Assembly (NCBI RefSeq): GCF_963921235.1
Contig: NC_086097.1
Location: forward strand, 133,426,001-133,490,000
Reading direction: 5' to 3'
DNA: 64,000 bases
Origin: Mobula hypostoma
Lineage: Eukaryota
The position numbers and the translations under genes are program-made. The notes under the pieces were generated by a model that saw only the letters and a list, made by a program, of their open reading frames with translations, ran no database searches and was not told the origin of the DNA. Positions 61,223-64,000 of this stretch are shown in pieces; within the stretch, counting starts at the first letter, position 1; each line of letters opens with the position of its first letter.

Positions 61223-61639
61223 ATAGTGATCACAATTCTATCTCCTTTACCATAGCATTGGAGAGGGATAGGAACAGACAAGTTAGGGAAACGTTTAATT
61301 GGAGTTAGGAGAAATATGAGTCTATCAGGCAGGAACTTGGAAGCATAAATTGGAAACAGATGTTCTCAGGGAAACGTACAGAAGAAATGTGGCAAATGTT
61401 ATGGGGGTATTTGCATGGAGTTCTGCATAGGTACGTTCCAATGAGACAGGGAAAGGATGGTAGGGTACAGGAACCATGGTGTACAAAGGCTGTTGTAAAT
61501 CTAGTCAAGAAGAAAAGAAAAGCTTATGAAAGGTTCAAAAAAACTGGATAATGATTGAGATCTAGATTATAAGGCTAGCAGGAAGGAGTTTAAGAATGAA
61601 ATTAGGAGAGCCAGAAGGGACCATAAGAAGGCCTTAGCG

Positions 61640-62895
61640 CAGGACTCCCCAACCTTTTTAGCACCGCAGACCATTTTAATATTGACAATATTCTTGTGGA
61701 CCGGTTGACGGGATGGGGGGGGGGATGGTGGAGGGGTAATGTTAATCATGAGCGGAATATAGGTGATAAGTCAACTATAAGTCACTAGTCAGTGGCTAGT
61801 ACACTCAATTTCATTTCTAAAGGGGTTTATCTAACAAATTTAATATTAAACACACAGCGCATATTTTCCTCACATGAATGTAGTGATAAGTTAATTCTAA
61901 CAGTGGTCCCAAACCTCCGGGCCACGGACTGATACATTGCCGCAAAGAATGCAGCAGTACAGTGGTAGCCGGAACGCACCCAGCACATCTTTAAGTAAAA
62001 AGCCGAAATAAACAAGCTAATTGATTAGGTGCCGCCCAGCACGTAAATGTCGGCCCAGATCAGAGGCGACACAATCGGCAATCGCCTCTGATCTGGGCCG
62101 ACATTTACGCGCCGGGCGGCACCTAATCAATTAGCTTGTTTATTTCGGCTTTTTTCTCAAAGATATGCTGGGTGTGTTCCGGCCACCGCTGTACCGCTGC
62201 ATTCTTCGTGGCCCAGAGGTTGGGAACCACTGAATTATAAGTCATTTATAAGTCAATAGCATCATAACATTTTAAATAATGTTTGGATATTAAACACACA
62301 GCACCTATTTTCCTTGTATGAACATATAAAATCATTGCAACACACCAATATCGCTGAATCAGTGGGAGCCCTGGGCTTGTTTTCCTGTAACAAGACAGTC
62401 CCATCGAGGGGTGATGGGAGACAGCGATACTCGAAGGGATTCCTTATGTCCAGTCTATTCCGCAATTTAGTTTTCTTTGCATTCATTGCAGAAAACTCCG
62501 CTTCGCAGCGATATGATGTTGGAATTGGAAGCAGTGTTTTCAGTGCTTTTGTGGCTATCTCAGGATATTCATCCTTGACTTTGATCCAGAATGCCGGCAG
62601 AGATGTTTTGTCAAACATACTTTTCAGCCCACTGTCATTTGCAAGCTCAAGGAGTTGACCTTCTTCCCGCGCTGACATGGAAGATTCACCGGGAACATTC
62701 ACAAATGGGTCACAGACCCATTCCTTTGCATATCTTGGGTCACTGCTGACCTCGCGTGCGTTAAAGTTCAACAGTGGGCATGACAGGAAATGAGGAAAGG
62801 TGCAGCTGACTCATATCGTTTCATATCGCCAAATCATATCATTTCCTCGTGGCCCAGTAGCACATGCTTTGCAGACCAGTGGATGGAGACCACTG
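61640..62895 (-). mobile_element. Deleted hAT (Charlie/Buster-like) transposon with C-terminal dimerisation-domain remnant
   Basis: Perfect 8-bp TSD CCTTAGCG (61632-61639, 62896-62903); CAG...CTG termini; FWIKVKDEYPEIATKALKTLLPIPTSYRCEAEFSAM..KTKLRNRL. Confidence 0.92.
61901..62232. mobile_element. Palindromic hAT MITE nested in the hAT element
   Basis: CAGTGGTCCCAAACCTC / GAGGTTGGGAACCACTG termini; near-perfect 8-bp TSD AATTCTAA / AATTATAA; nearly the whole element is an inverted repeat. Confidence 0.9.
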
Positions 62896-64000
62896 CCTTA
62901 GCGGACAGGATTAAGGAAAACCCCAAGGCATTCTACAAGTATGTGAAGAGCAAGAGGATAAGACGTGAGAGAATAGGTCCAATCAAGTGTGACAGTGGAA
63001 AAGTATATATGGAACCAGAGGAGAAAGCAGAGGTACTTAATGAGTACTTTGCTTCAGTATTCACTATGGAAAAGGATCTTGGCGATTGTAGGGATGACTT
63101 ACAGCAGACTGAAAAGCTTGAGCATATAGATGCAGTATTAAGAAAGAGGATGTGCTGGAGCTTTTGGAAAGCATCAAGTTGGATAAGTCACCAGGACCGG
63201 ATGAAACATAACCCGTGCTACTCTGGGAGGTGAGGGAGGAAGTTGCTGAGCCTCTGGCGATGATCTTTGCATCATCAATGGGGACGGGAGAGGTTCTGGA
63301 GGATTGGAGGTTGAAATGTTGTTCCATTATTCAGCATGGCTTTGTGAAAGGCAGGTTGTGCCTTACGAACCTGGTTGAATTTTTTGAGGATGTGACTAAA
63401 CACATTGATGGAGGTAGAGCAATAGATGTAGTATATATTGATTTCAGCAAGGCATTTGATAAGGTACCCCATGCCAGTCTTATTGAGAAAGTAAGGAGGC
63501 ATGGGATCCAAGGGGATGTTGCTTTCTGGATCCAGAACTGGCTTGCCCACAGAAGACAAAGAGTGGTTGTAGAGGGGTCATATTCTGCATGGAGGTCAGT
63601 GACCAGTGGTGTGCCTCAGGGATCTGTTCTGGGACCCCTACTCTTCGTAATTTTTATAAATAACATGAATGAGGAAGTGGAGGAATGGGTTAGTAAATTT
63701 GCTGATGACATAAAGGTTGGGAGTGTTGTGGATAGTGTGGAGGGTTGTCAGAGGTTACAGCGGGACATTGGTAGGATGCAAAACTGGACTGAGAAGTGGC
63801 AGATGGAGTTCAATCCAGATAAGTGCGAGGTGGTTCATTTTGGTAGGTCAAATATGATGGCAGAATATAGTATTAATAGTAAGACTCTTGGCAGTGTGGA
63901 GGATCAGAGGGATCTTAAGGTCCGAGTACATAGGACACTCAAAGCTGCTGTGCAGGTTGACTCTGTGTTTAGGAAGGCATACGGTGCATTAGCATTCATC

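Larger units (their letters stand above)
59429..64000 (+). mobile_element. Long CR1 LINE (ORF1 esterase to RT; runs off the window) with nested insertions
   Basis: VMVRIGTNDIG, FNARSIMNK, YRPPN, GDFNFP, KENPKAFYKY, YIDFSKAFDKV, GVPQGSVLGP, FADD. Confidence 0.95.

Noticed and set aside
62262..62771. ZBED5/SCAND3/FAM200-like host gene exon
   Set aside because: Lies within a TIR- and TSD-bounded transposon inserted in a CR1 and is frameshifted at its C-terminus

Overview
Eukaryotic genomic DNA, very probably from a cartilaginous fish (ray/shark). This is inferred from the repeat set: CR1 LINEs with an SGNH-esterase ORF1, Rex/Babar LINEs, V-domain tRNA SINEs and abundant Penelope termini. Most of the window is nested, decayed transposons (CR1, Rex/Babar, RTE, Tx1, Penelope, Gypsy LTR, Tc1, hAT), and almost all ORF-track entries are fragments or antisense shadows of them. 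A CpG island at ~24.15-24.6 kb holds a probable promoter and first coding exon (MPRGRPPKTAARDPEAA, minus strand) of a gene I cannot identify. Positions 1-24.4 kb would then be intronic, and 24.7-64 kb is upstream DNA with some enhancer-like blocks. The most striking structure is at 8.4-13.9 kb. A Mag-type Gypsy element has had its RT/RNaseH/integrase core replaced by a complete intronless SUDS3 cDNA that is in frame with the protease. An intronless antisense RNF213 RING-domain fragment later inserted into that cDNA with an 11-bp duplication, and itself received a 32-bp insertion. The Penelope termini carry minimal hammerhead-ribozyme motifs. All family and gene assignments come from recalled sequence similarity, not from database searches, and repeat boundaries are approximate unless a TSD is given.
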